From positions 62,001 to 126,000 of the IMG/VR virus record IMGVR_UViG_3300025141_000020: a DNA stretch of 64,000 nt, one strand, 5' to 3'. The notes below the pieces were generated by a model that had not been told where the DNA came from, searched no databases, and saw only the letters and a program-made list of their open reading frames with translations. The position numbers and the translations under genes were made by a program. Shown here piece by piece: positions 55,858-64,000 of the stretch. The number at the start of each line of letters is the position of its first letter. Position 1 is the first letter of the stretch.

Positions 55858-57498
55858 ATGTCATTAACAGTTGTATTTAGTACAAAAAAAATAAACTTAG
55901 ATTTTGTAGAAATAATAAAGGCAACATCTGGTGTTCATAACATAGAGATACTTCCTTATGAAAACCCTGGAAAATACTCATTAACTGAAGTTTATAATAT
56001 GGGTATTAAAAAAGCTAAAAACGATATTATAATTTTTTGTCATGATGATATAAAGTTTGATACAAAAAACTGGGGTAGAAAAATATTAAAATTGTTTAAA
56101 AGGCATTCAGAATTTGGTATTATTGGTGTCGCTGGTAGTAGGTATATGCCTGAATCTGGTAAATGGTGGGAGGATTTCTCTAAAATGCATGGAGCGGTAT
56201 ACCATGAACACGAAGGAAAAAGATGGTTGTCCAGGTATTCCAACGATATAGGAAATTATTTAGATGAGGTTATTTTAGTAGACGGGTTATTTTTTGGTGT
56301 TCATAAAGATAGAATTTCACACCAATTTAATGAAGAGGTTGATGGATTTCATTTTTATGATGTTGACTTTTCTTTTTCTAATCATTTGTCTGGGACTAGA
56401 GTTGGTGTGTGTACAAATATAAAAATTACTCACTTGTCTATTGGGCAAACCAATTCTGAGTGGGAAGAAAATAGAATTATATTTGCGGAAAGATATAAGG
56501 ATTCTTTACCCTTAAAAATAAATCGTACCTTACGAAAGAACGAAAAACTAAACATACTCATTGGTTGCTTAAACTTTAATGATTATACTGGTTCTGAACT
56601 ACATGTATATGAGTTAGCTAAAGGTTTAAAAAAGTTGGGTCATAACATTACTATATGTTCTAATGTTGGTGGTGACATGAAAAATAAAGTTAACTCTTTA
56701 GGTATTCAGACTTTCCCTCTTAACGAACCACCAGGATTTAAATTAGGTGATGGGAAAACTAAGATTAATACTCCTGAAGGTGTTAAAATTCCTGCAGAGG
56801 GTCAACTATACCAAATAGAACCAATAAAATTTGACCTTATGCATCTACATCATAAGCCTATAACAGAACACTTATTAAAACTATACCCAACCACACCAAC
56901 TGTATGTACTATACATTCCGAAGTTATTGATTTAGAACACCCAGTAATAGATGGTAGGATTAAAAAATATATTTGTATACGACCAGAAATACAAAAATTT
57001 ATAACTGAGGACTTTGGTATTGCGGTAGATAAGACCAACGTAATTTATAATCCTTTTGATGTTGATAGATTTAAAACGTATCCTAAGCCAAAAACTGATA
57101 AAGAGAGGGTTTTGTTTATTGGTACGATAGATTACTTACGTCAAGAAGCTATAGAAGATTTAATAAATAAAACCAGGGAGGCTAATCAAGAACTATGGAT
57201 TGTAGGTAAAAAAAGGGAAGATTTTTTAGATGATTTAGATTTACCTCACCTTAAGTATTTTGACCCTACTTGGGATGTTGAGTCCTATATTAAACAGTGT
57301 CATTATACGGCAGGGATATTATTAGGTAGGACCACCATTGAGGGTTGGTTGTGTGGTAGAGAAGGGTGGATTTACGATGTTGATTCTAGTGGTAACATTA
57401 ATGGAGTTACTTTGAATGGGGTTCCTTCTGATATGGATAAATTTCACTCTAATAATGTTATGGATAAGATATTAACCACTTACGAAGAAATATTATAG
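55858..57498 (+). CDS. GT-A (GT2-like) plus GT-B (GT4-like) fusion glycosyltransferase
   Basis: YNMG...IIFCHDD...LDGLF...FHFYDVDF; then YTGSELHVYELAKGL...GHNITI, IYNPFD and FIGT. Confidence 0.75.
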   Translation: MSLTVVFSTKKINLDFVEIIKATSGVHNIEILPYENPGKYSLTEVYNMGIKKAKNDIIIFCHDDIKFDTKNWGRKILKLFKRHSEFGIIGVAGSRYMPESGKWWEDFSKMHGAVYHEHEGKRWLSRYSNDIGNYLDEVILVDGLFFGVHKDRISHQFNEEVDGFHFYDVDFSFSNHLSGTRVGVCTNIKITHLSIGQTNSEWEENRIIFAERYKDSLPLKINRTLRKNEKLNILIGCLNFNDYTGSELHVYELAKGLKKLGHNITICSNVGGDMKNKVNSLGIQTFPLNEPPGFKLGDGKTKINTPEGVKIPAEGQLYQIEPIKFDLMHLHHKPITEHLLKLYPTTPTVCTIHSEVIDLEHPVIDGRIKKYICIRPEIQKFITEDFGIAVDKTNVIYNPFDVDRFKTYPKPKTDKERVLFIGTIDYLRQEAIEDLINKTREANQELWIVGKKREDFLDDLDLPHLKYFDPTWDVESYIKQCHYTAGILLGRTTIEGWLCGREGWIYDVDSSGNINGVTLNGVPSDMDKFHSNNVMDKILTTYEEIL

Positions 57499-57499
57499 T

Positions 57500-58159
57500 A
57501 TGAAATTATTAATTAAATTTCCAACTAGAGTAAGGTCTAGAAAATTTTTAAAGGTGTTAAGTAAGTATGTGCGATTACTGGACGACAAAACAACCCAAAT
57601 AATAGTATCTTGTGATGATGACGACATTTCTATGAAAGAAGAGTTTGTTACCGAGGTAATTAGTCAATACGATAATGTTGAGGTTCAGTTTAACAATAAT
57701 TCTAATAAAATAGAAGCTATAAATCATAATATGGAAAACTTGGATTTTGATGTGGTTTTACTAGCTTCTGATGATATGGTTCCTAGGGTTAAAGGGTTTG
57801 ATACAATTATAAGAGAAAAGATGTTATCTCATTATCCAGATACTGATGGTGTATTATGGTTTAATGATGGATATAAAGGAAACGAACTAAATACTTTGTG
57901 TATCTTAGGTAAAAAATATTATGAAAGGTTTGGTTACATATACAGTCCGGAATATAAGTCTGTCTGGTGTGATAATGAGTTTATGGATGTATCAAAGTTA
58001 TTGGATAAGGTAACTTATTTCGATGAGGTTATAATTAGGCATGAACATCCTGACTGGGGGTTTGGTTCTAACGATGCCATACATATGAATAATATTAAAC
58101 ATGAAAGTGCTGATAGACTTACCTACGAAAGAAGAAAACAAAAAAATTTTGGTCTATGA
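57500..58159 (+). CDS. GT-A (GT2-like) glycosyltransferase
   Basis: IKFPTR, VSCDDDD, LLASDDMVP and WCDNEF motifs. Confidence 0.7.
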   Translation: MKLLIKFPTRVRSRKFLKVLSKYVRLLDDKTTQIIVSCDDDDISMKEEFVTEVISQYDNVEVQFNNNSNKIEAINHNMENLDFDVVLLASDDMVPRVKGFDTIIREKMLSHYPDTDGVLWFNDGYKGNELNTLCILGKKYYERFGYIYSPEYKSVWCDNEFMDVSKLLDKVTYFDEVIIRHEHPDWGFGSNDAIHMNNIKHESADRLTYERRKQKNFGL

Positions 58160-59016
58160 AACAAATATGTACAGTATCAGACATAAATTATCTCAATAAA
58201 GGATTAACATTATACGAGTCTCTTATTAAAAACACTAATGATTTTATTTTACATTACTTGTGCATAGATGAAGCTACACATAAAAAAATACTACCTTTTG
58301 CATGTTCTTCTTTAAAGGTTTATGACCTTAATGATTTGTTAAGTGGTGATAAGTTTCTAAATGACCTTAAAAGTTCAGAGTATAGTTATTTTTGTTGGTC
58401 CTTGGCTTCCTATTTTAGTAATTTCTTACTTTACGCGATAGATGAGGATATAACTTATATTGATAGTGACATTTATTTCCACAAAAGTTTAGATATTGTT
58501 TTAGATGAAATTGGGTCTAGGGATGTAGGCATTTTTAGACATCGTCAATTTCCTTTAAATTTATATAGACCTGAAGGGTTGTATAATGTTGGCGTTGTAC
58601 ATTTTAAATCAACTGAATTAGGCATTAAAACTTCTGATTGGTGGAAAGAATCGGTTTTGCATAAAAGACACCCAGAGTATGCTACTTGTGGTGACCAAAA
58701 ATATTTAGAGTATTTTCCTATATTATGTGATAAAGATTCAATATATATTGATGATAATGTGGGTCATGGTGCACCATGGCATTGGCAAACATTTGAGTTT
58801 TTAGGTGGTGGTAAAATAAAGTATGGTGGTCAGGAACAGGATTTGGTATTTACTCACTTCTCCCAATTTTCTGATGACGGTGAAACCTACATCCCATCAA
58901 AAATGCACCATATCTACACACCCCTTAAAGAATACTCAAATAACCCACAACTAAAGGCTATTTATGATGAATACCATTTAGAATTAAATAAAACAAAAAA
59001 TAAATATGGTGAATAA
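58156..59016 (+). CDS. GT-A nucleotide-diphospho-sugar transferase (GT8-like)
   Basis: TYIDSDIYF, YNVGVV, GDQKYL and FTHFS motifs. Confidence 0.7.
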   Translation: MKQICTVSDINYLNKGLTLYESLIKNTNDFILHYLCIDEATHKKILPFACSSLKVYDLNDLLSGDKFLNDLKSSEYSYFCWSLASYFSNFLLYAIDEDITYIDSDIYFHKSLDIVLDEIGSRDVGIFRHRQFPLNLYRPEGLYNVGVVHFKSTELGIKTSDWWKESVLHKRHPEYATCGDQKYLEYFPILCDKDSIYIDDNVGHGAPWHWQTFEFLGGGKIKYGGQEQDLVFTHFSQFSDDGETYIPSKMHHIYTPLKEYSNNPQLKAIYDEYHLELNKTKNKYGE

Positions 59017-59743
59017 TAAAGTGGTAAAAATACCAGCTCATAAATTAAATCCTCTTCTTGATACCATACATGGTCACACATTTAGAAGTGATTTATTAAC
59101 TAAAGGTGGCTATGTTCTAGACCTAGGTTGTAATGATTTTGTATTTTCTAATTACATGCTTAGTATAGGGATGAAGGTAATCGCGTTAGACCCAATAAAA
59201 GATTTACGTATCCCTAGTAATTTTAAACATCTAGAAAATAACCCAAATTTTACATACCTACAAAGAGCTTGTGTTGGTGTTAAGAATGGCGATACCGCGA
59301 CATATTACGAATATCTCCATTGGGGGGCAAACTCTTTAGTAAATAAACCAGAGATGTTACATAGGAGTACTAATGGTGGTCATGCTAATAACCCCTATAA
59401 GGCATCATATGAAGTTCCCTTAACTACATTAACAGAATTAATGTCAGAATTTAATATACCAAAATTTGAATTTATTAAAATTGATGTTGAGGGCTCTGAA
59501 TATGGTATTCTCTCTACTTTTCCGCATGAATGCACAAAACAATTATCGGTAGAGTTCCACGCTTTTCTAGGTTTAAATCCGTCAGATGATGTTGAGGGTT
59601 ATCATGACGATTTAACTAATAATAAATTATCGTCCTATAGTCTTGAATTTGAGGACAAGGACCTGTTGGATTCTTCTGGTGGTGAGTACGGAGAGGTTTT
59701 TCAAAGAAATGATGTTTTGTATGTATTAAAAAAATATACCTAA
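59006..59743 (+). CDS. FkbM-family SAM-dependent methyltransferase
   Basis: VLDLGCN, ALDP, IKIDVEGSE and QLSVEFH motifs. Confidence 0.8.
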   Translation: MVNNKVVKIPAHKLNPLLDTIHGHTFRSDLLTKGGYVLDLGCNDFVFSNYMLSIGMKVIALDPIKDLRIPSNFKHLENNPNFTYLQRACVGVKNGDTATYYEYLHWGANSLVNKPEMLHRSTNGGHANNPYKASYEVPLTTLTELMSEFNIPKFEFIKIDVEGSEYGILSTFPHECTKQLSVEFHAFLGLNPSDDVEGYHDDLTNNKLSSYSLEFEDKDLLDSSGGEYGEVFQRNDVLYVLKKYT

Positions 59744-60627
59744 TGAAAATAGCGTTTGGAATGATAGTATTTGAAGGAGATTATGTTCTTAAACAATGTT
59801 TGGAACAGGTTTACCCGTTTGCTGAACAAATACTTATTTCTGAGGGACCTGTATCTTATTGGCAAAAGCAGGGTAGGACAACATCTTTAGATAATACTAA
59901 TAAGATTTTATCCGACTTCCCAGACCCAGATAATAAAATTAAAGTTGTGCATGGTCAATTTAATGAAAAAGATGACCAATGTAAGGCGTATATGCAATAT
60001 ATTAATGACGATATAGAGTATATATGGAATTTAGATTCTGATGAAATATATAAAACTGATGATTTAAAAAAAATAATAAGTTTTTTAGAGTCTGAGTCCC
60101 CAACTAGTGTTGGTGTTAGGAGTTGTTCTTTTTATGGTGGTTTTGATGATTATTTAACTGGTTTCGAATTAAATAGGGATAATTTTCTAAGAATATTTAG
60201 GTATGTTAAGGGTTCTACTTGGTTGACCCATAGACCACCCACAATTCAATACCCTGTAGGTTCAAATATTAGTAAACATCACATAGATAGTGAAACCCTT
60301 TATAATAAATTAGGGGTACAAATGTATCACTACTCATATACCTTCCCTGACCAAGTTTATAAAAAAGTTAATTACTATAAAGATAGTGTTAGTAAAGATA
60401 ATTGTATTGATGATTATTTTAATAGGGTTTATCTTCCGTGGGTTAATGGAGATAGAACTCGTATTGAAAAACAGTTTCTAGGGGTTCACGAATTTAAACC
60501 TCATTCAAGAGGAGAATGTTTTACATCTCCCTTTATTTTATCACACCCCGAATCTATAATTAATGATATGGAGGAATTAAAAAATAAATTTAAAAAACAA
60601 CTAAAAAAATATAAATATGTTAAGTAA
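59743..60627 (+). CDS. GT2-like glycosyltransferase
   Basis: IAFGMIVFEG, ISEG and WNLDSDEIY motifs. Confidence 0.7.
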   Translation: MKIAFGMIVFEGDYVLKQCLEQVYPFAEQILISEGPVSYWQKQGRTTSLDNTNKILSDFPDPDNKIKVVHGQFNEKDDQCKAYMQYINDDIEYIWNLDSDEIYKTDDLKKIISFLESESPTSVGVRSCSFYGGFDDYLTGFELNRDNFLRIFRYVKGSTWLTHRPPTIQYPVGSNISKHHIDSETLYNKLGVQMYHYSYTFPDQVYKKVNYYKDSVSKDNCIDDYFNRVYLPWVNGDRTRIEKQFLGVHEFKPHSRGECFTSPFILSHPESIINDMEELKNKFKKQLKKYKYVK

Positions 60628-61429
60628 TGAAGAGGGTAATAATTTTATAAAGGAAAAGATTTTATCTGGTGAACCATTTATAGCTAGTAAGATGGGTGGT
60701 GTTGAGCAAAATGTAATTTTATGTAATATGAATGGTAACTATCATCATATACGTGAAATGGCTTCAACTAATGCAGGAATAACACCAGCTGACGATAACA
60801 CATTAAATTACTTCTGTGAACGATATATTGATGCGTTGGGTAAGGTTGACATATTAGGTCACATGCCATCACCACAAGAGAAACATATACTATCAACATA
60901 TGCCCCACAATCTAAATTTTCAGAGTTAAGGTTGTTAGAACCTTTTTATTTTGATAATCCTTGGAGTGAAACATTAAAAGGTAAAAAAGTGTTAGTGATA
61001 CATCCATTTGAAGACACCATATTAAAACAATTTGTTAATAGGGAAAAATTATTTGATAACGAGAAGGTGTTGCCAGATTTTACTTTACTAACCATTAAGT
61101 CTGAACAAACTAATGGTGGTGGTACCGGAAATAATAAACCATTCAAAGAATCTATGGAATTAATGGAAGATAAGATTCTTAAATCTGATTTTGATGTTGC
61201 TATTATTGGTTGTGGTGCTTATGGATTACCGTTAGCCTTAGTTTGTAAAGAGATGGGTAAACAAGCAATTCATATAGGTGGTGGGTTACAAATACTATTT
61301 GGTATTAAAGGTAAACGTTGGGATGTTCACCCGGAAATAAGTGCTATGTACAACGACTATTGGACAAGACCTATGGATAATGAAAAAACAATAAACTTCC
61401 AATCTATAGAGGGTGGTACTTATTGGTAA
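60617..61429 (+). CDS. Putative GT-D-fold-like glycosyltransferase
   Basis: KKVLVIHPF, DFDVAIIGCGAYGLPLA...GKQAIHIGG..QILFGI motifs. Confidence 0.5.
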   Translation: MLSNEEGNNFIKEKILSGEPFIASKMGGVEQNVILCNMNGNYHHIREMASTNAGITPADDNTLNYFCERYIDALGKVDILGHMPSPQEKHILSTYAPQSKFSELRLLEPFYFDNPWSETLKGKKVLVIHPFEDTILKQFVNREKLFDNEKVLPDFTLLTIKSEQTNGGGTGNNKPFKESMELMEDKILKSDFDVAIIGCGAYGLPLALVCKEMGKQAIHIGGGLQILFGIKGKRWDVHPEISAMYNDYWTRPMDNEKTINFQSIEGGTYW

Positions 61430-61441
61430 ATAAATTTTAAT

Positions 61442-62293
61442 ATGAGGAATGTCTTCTTAATAAATGTTAGTGAAAATCCGTTAGTGGTAAAAAATCAAAT
61501 AGATAATATTAAAAAATTTGTATCTAACGATGAGGTTATTGTGCTACACATATCTAATACAACTAAAGATAATTTTATTAACGACTCTAATACCCATAAT
61601 TTAGATTTCTATAATATGGAATCTGATGGTATATATGTAAACCCAACAAATATACCTACTCAACGAGGTCATTTATTGACTGATGCTTTCTTATCTAGTT
61701 TCGATTTTATAAAAGGTAGGGTGGACTTTGGTAAAGTGGTTTTAAACAGCAGTAATCAGTTATTTTTCAAACATGGGTTTAAAGAACATTTAGATAATTA
61801 TAGAGTTGGTTTATATAAAATAGAAACATTGGGTCCGTCTGGAATGTTCCCAAATGCTAAGCCGAAACCATTTATTACTAAAATATTTGGTGAGGAGAGA
61901 AAGAGTTATTGGTCATACCATGAGGGTAGTTTTTTTGATAAGGGTGATTTTGAGACTATTAGTGATTTAATCAAAGACAATAATTTTGACGGAACTAGTG
62001 AGGAACAAACAATACCCACTTTATTCCATAATCTATATAATGATAAAGACCTTAAAATCTCCCCAACATCAGTGTGGATGAATCTTTATTTGTCACTTGA
62101 TGAGATTTCAGCTATGAAACTTATATTAGATTCTGAATATGAGAAATTACGTGGATATGTACGTTACGGTTTAGCTGATAGTACTAACACCCCTCTTAGA
62201 GATGTTATGTTGTCTGGTGATTTTTTATTTGGGATTAAACGGGTTGGTAGGACTATGGATTGTCCAACCAGGTCATTCATTAACGGCTTATGA
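61442..62293 (+). CDS. Hypothetical protein in glycosylation operon, 283 aa
   Basis: Long ORF in the operon; no motif recognised with confidence. Confidence 0.6.
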   Translation: MRNVFLINVSENPLVVKNQIDNIKKFVSNDEVIVLHISNTTKDNFINDSNTHNLDFYNMESDGIYVNPTNIPTQRGHLLTDAFLSSFDFIKGRVDFGKVVLNSSNQLFFKHGFKEHLDNYRVGLYKIETLGPSGMFPNAKPKPFITKIFGEERKSYWSYHEGSFFDKGDFETISDLIKDNNFDGTSEEQTIPTLFHNLYNDKDLKISPTSVWMNLYLSLDEISAMKLILDSEYEKLRGYVRYGLADSTNTPLRDVMLSGDFLFGIKRVGRTMDCPTRSFINGL

Positions 62294-62294
62294 T

Positions 62295-63113
62295 ATGAAT
62301 AGTATATTAGGCTTAAAGGGAAATTCAGGTTGTGAGTTAGCTATTTTAGGAGATACGATTCGAAAGTCTTGCGAACGTAACTATAACGATAGGTTAAAAT
62401 TACAGTGTAAAAAACAAACTGATTTTAATAATGGTATATTTAGTACACCAAAAGTTTATGAATCTGGTATAGACAATCAAGGAAAATTCTTTTTTAATAT
62501 GGAATTCATGCCGTGTAAAACGTTTGATAGGGTATTTAATACTGCAACTAAGGCTTATTTAGATACTATTATAGGAAAACTCTTGGATTTCACAATAGCG
62601 AATACTAAAAAAACAACGGATTTTTCAAGTAAGATAATAACCACCAAATATGAATCAGTAAAAAATAACATAAGGGCACAGAAAAATATTGATGTTAGCT
62701 ATTTAGACGATATTTTTTATTCATTAGATGAAACTATAAACATACCTGAAGGTTATTGTCATGGAGATTTAACATTTTCTAATTTATTATTCGATGGAGA
62801 TAATATAGTTTTGTTAGATTTTTTAGATACCTATCTAGACTCACCAATGCAGGACATTGTAAAAATTAGACAAGATACAAAATATCATTGGTCTATAAGA
62901 ATGTTAGATTGTAAGTTTGATGGAGTAAAATTGACTCAGTGCCTAAATTATATTGATAAAAAAATAGATTATGAGTTCTCAAAAAATGAGTACTATGTAG
63001 AATACTATGCAGTTTTTCAGATTCTAAATTTACTTAGAATAGTACCATACTGTAAAGAAATAAAGAATGTTAATTATTTAATAAATGAAGTAGATAAGTT
63101 ATGTCAACACTAA
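62295..63113 (+). CDS. APH/choline-kinase-like phosphotransferase
   Basis: MEFM hinge, CHGDLTFSNLL and LLDF motifs; ATG 62295 preferred over track start 62202. Confidence 0.8.
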   Translation: MNSILGLKGNSGCELAILGDTIRKSCERNYNDRLKLQCKKQTDFNNGIFSTPKVYESGIDNQGKFFFNMEFMPCKTFDRVFNTATKAYLDTIIGKLLDFTIANTKKTTDFSSKIITTKYESVKNNIRAQKNIDVSYLDDIFYSLDETINIPEGYCHGDLTFSNLLFDGDNIVLLDFLDTYLDSPMQDIVKIRQDTKYHWSIRMLDCKFDGVKLTQCLNYIDKKIDYEFSKNEYYVEYYAVFQILNLLRIVPYCKEIKNVNYLINEVDKLCQH

Positions 63114-64000
63114 TAATACCATGTGCAGGTAGAAGCACAAGATTCCCTAACTCTAGGCCTAAATGGTCTCTTACCCATCCTTACGGAGACTTAATGTTTA
63201 TTCAGTCGATTAAGGGGTTAGATTTAAGCAAATACTCAGAAATAGTATCAGTTTTTCTAAAAGAAGACATCGAAAAGTTTAATTTATTAGATGGGCTTAA
63301 TCAGTCTCTTGGAGAAATAGACGTGAAAACATCAATAGTTTTACTTGAGGAACCAACATCTAGCCAAAGCGAAACTGTTTCAGAAGCTATAAAGGCATTA
63401 AACCTTAAGGGAGATATCCTAATAAAAGATTGTGACGCATATTTTACAGCTGAATATAGTACTGGAAATTTTGTTTATACTTCAAATCTTAGAGATGTTT
63501 CAAACATCAAAGCAAGTAGTAAGAGTTATGTTGATGTGGATAAGAATGGAATAATACAAACAGTAGTAGAAAAAGATGTAATTAGTAATGAATTTTGCTG
63601 CGGTGGATATGGATTTTCAGACGCAGAAAAGTTTGTACAGACCTATGATAAGCTAAAAGATTCTGCAGAAGGAGAAATTTATATTTCACATATAATTTTT
63701 CAACAACTACTAGATGGAGAACAGTTTATTACTTGTAGTACTTCAAACTTCAATGATTGGGGAACATTAAAGGATTGGAATGAGTATAAAAAACAATATA
63801 AAACTTTATTTTTAGACTTGGATGGTGTATTGGTGGAAAATTCGGGAGAATATATAGGAAAAAGATGGGGCACCACTGATGCTCTAGAATCAAATAAAGA
63901 CTACATAAACAATTTGTATGAAACAGGCAAGGTGAGAATAATATTCACAACTTCTAGAAAGAGTAAATTTAAAGGTGAAACTATTTCACAACTAGAAAAA
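63101..64000 (+). CDS. Nucleotidyltransferase-HAD phosphatase fusion, truncated by window edge (not in ORF track)
   Basis: Manual translation: IIPCAGRSTRFP..RPKW, KDCD and DWGT, then LFLDLDGVL and IIFTTSR; open to 64000. Confidence 0.82.
   Translation, partial: MSTLIIPCAGRSTRFPNSRPKWSLTHPYGDLMFIQSIKGLDLSKYSEIVSVFLKEDIEKFNLLDGLNQSLGEIDVKTSIVLLEEPTSSQSETVSEAIKALNLKGDILIKDCDAYFTAEYSTGNFVYTSNLRDVSNIKASSKSYVDVDKNGIIQTVVEKDVISNEFCCGGYGFSDAEKFVQTYDKLKDSAEGEIYISHIIFQQLLDGEQFITCSTSNFNDWGTLKDWNEYKKQYKTLFLDLDGVLVENSGEYIGKRWGTTDALESNKDYINNLYETGKVRIIFTTSRKSKFKGETISQLEK

Noticed and set aside
776-61146. Numerous 60-175 aa opposite-strand or nested ORFs in the track (e.g. 776-1204, 15348-15773, 17211-17738, 22775-23254, 28779-29273, 34551-35021)
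   Set aside because: They lie wholly or mostly within long motif-bearing genes, have no recognisable motifs, and look like antisense shadows
62202-62294. Track start of the kinase ORF
   Set aside because: It overlaps the upstream gene by 92 nt; ATG 62295 directly follows that gene's stop
1-64000. Stop-codon reassignment as seen in some large phages
   Set aside because: Core genes are full length in the standard code, and TAG/TGA stops abut the next start or a convergent stop (e.g. 1976, 38273, 57498, 62293)
62295-64000. Apparent GGA-rich codon shift suggesting recent acquisition
   Set aside because: Impression from partial manual reading only; nrdJ also shows mixed Gly codons, so a computed codon-usage comparison is needed
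1-64000. tRNA, rRNA, CRISPR array, integrase or IS element
   Set aside because: Intergenic gaps are short and none shows a cloverleaf, repeat-spacer periodicity or recombinase/transposase motifs

Overview
AT-rich 64 kb segment of a large lytic, contractile-tailed (myovirus-type, probably jumbo) dsDNA phage, standard genetic code. The host is probably Bacteroidota: there is a TTTG-N20-TATCTTTG promoter, a DUF4494-like gene and no Shine-Dalgarno motifs. Positions 1-39.9 kb are mostly minus strand: baseplate and large uncharacterised virion proteins, a nested replication block (class II RNR, DnaB-like helicase, 5'-3' exonuclease, FKBP PPIase, RecA/UvsX, gp32-like SSB), a baseplate hub with M23 peptidase, LysM-like protein, tape measure, tail chaperone, tube, sheath and neck genes. 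Positions 39.9-53.5 kb hold a SNF2 helicase, neck protein, S74-chaperone fibre, family B DNA polymerase, a Cys-repeat adhesin-like protein and a WYL-containing operon. Positions 53.6-64 kb are a plus-strand operon of glycosyltransferases, a methyltransferase, a kinase, an NTP-transferase/HAD fusion and dUTPase. Best leads: (i) a TATTTAT element upstream of 15 genes, the reverse complement of the T4 late promoter; (ii) a probable +1/-2 programmed frameshift in the tail chaperone; (iii) late proteins, including WYL and HAD proteins, sharing possible capsid-targeting (I/L)-x-E helices; (iv) a soluble glycosylation system; (v) small genes missed by the ORF track (CDGSH 2Fe-2S protein, RHH regulator next to a palindrome). 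No tRNA, rRNA, CRISPR array, integrase, intein or transposase was recognised. All family calls are by-eye motif recognition, not database searches.
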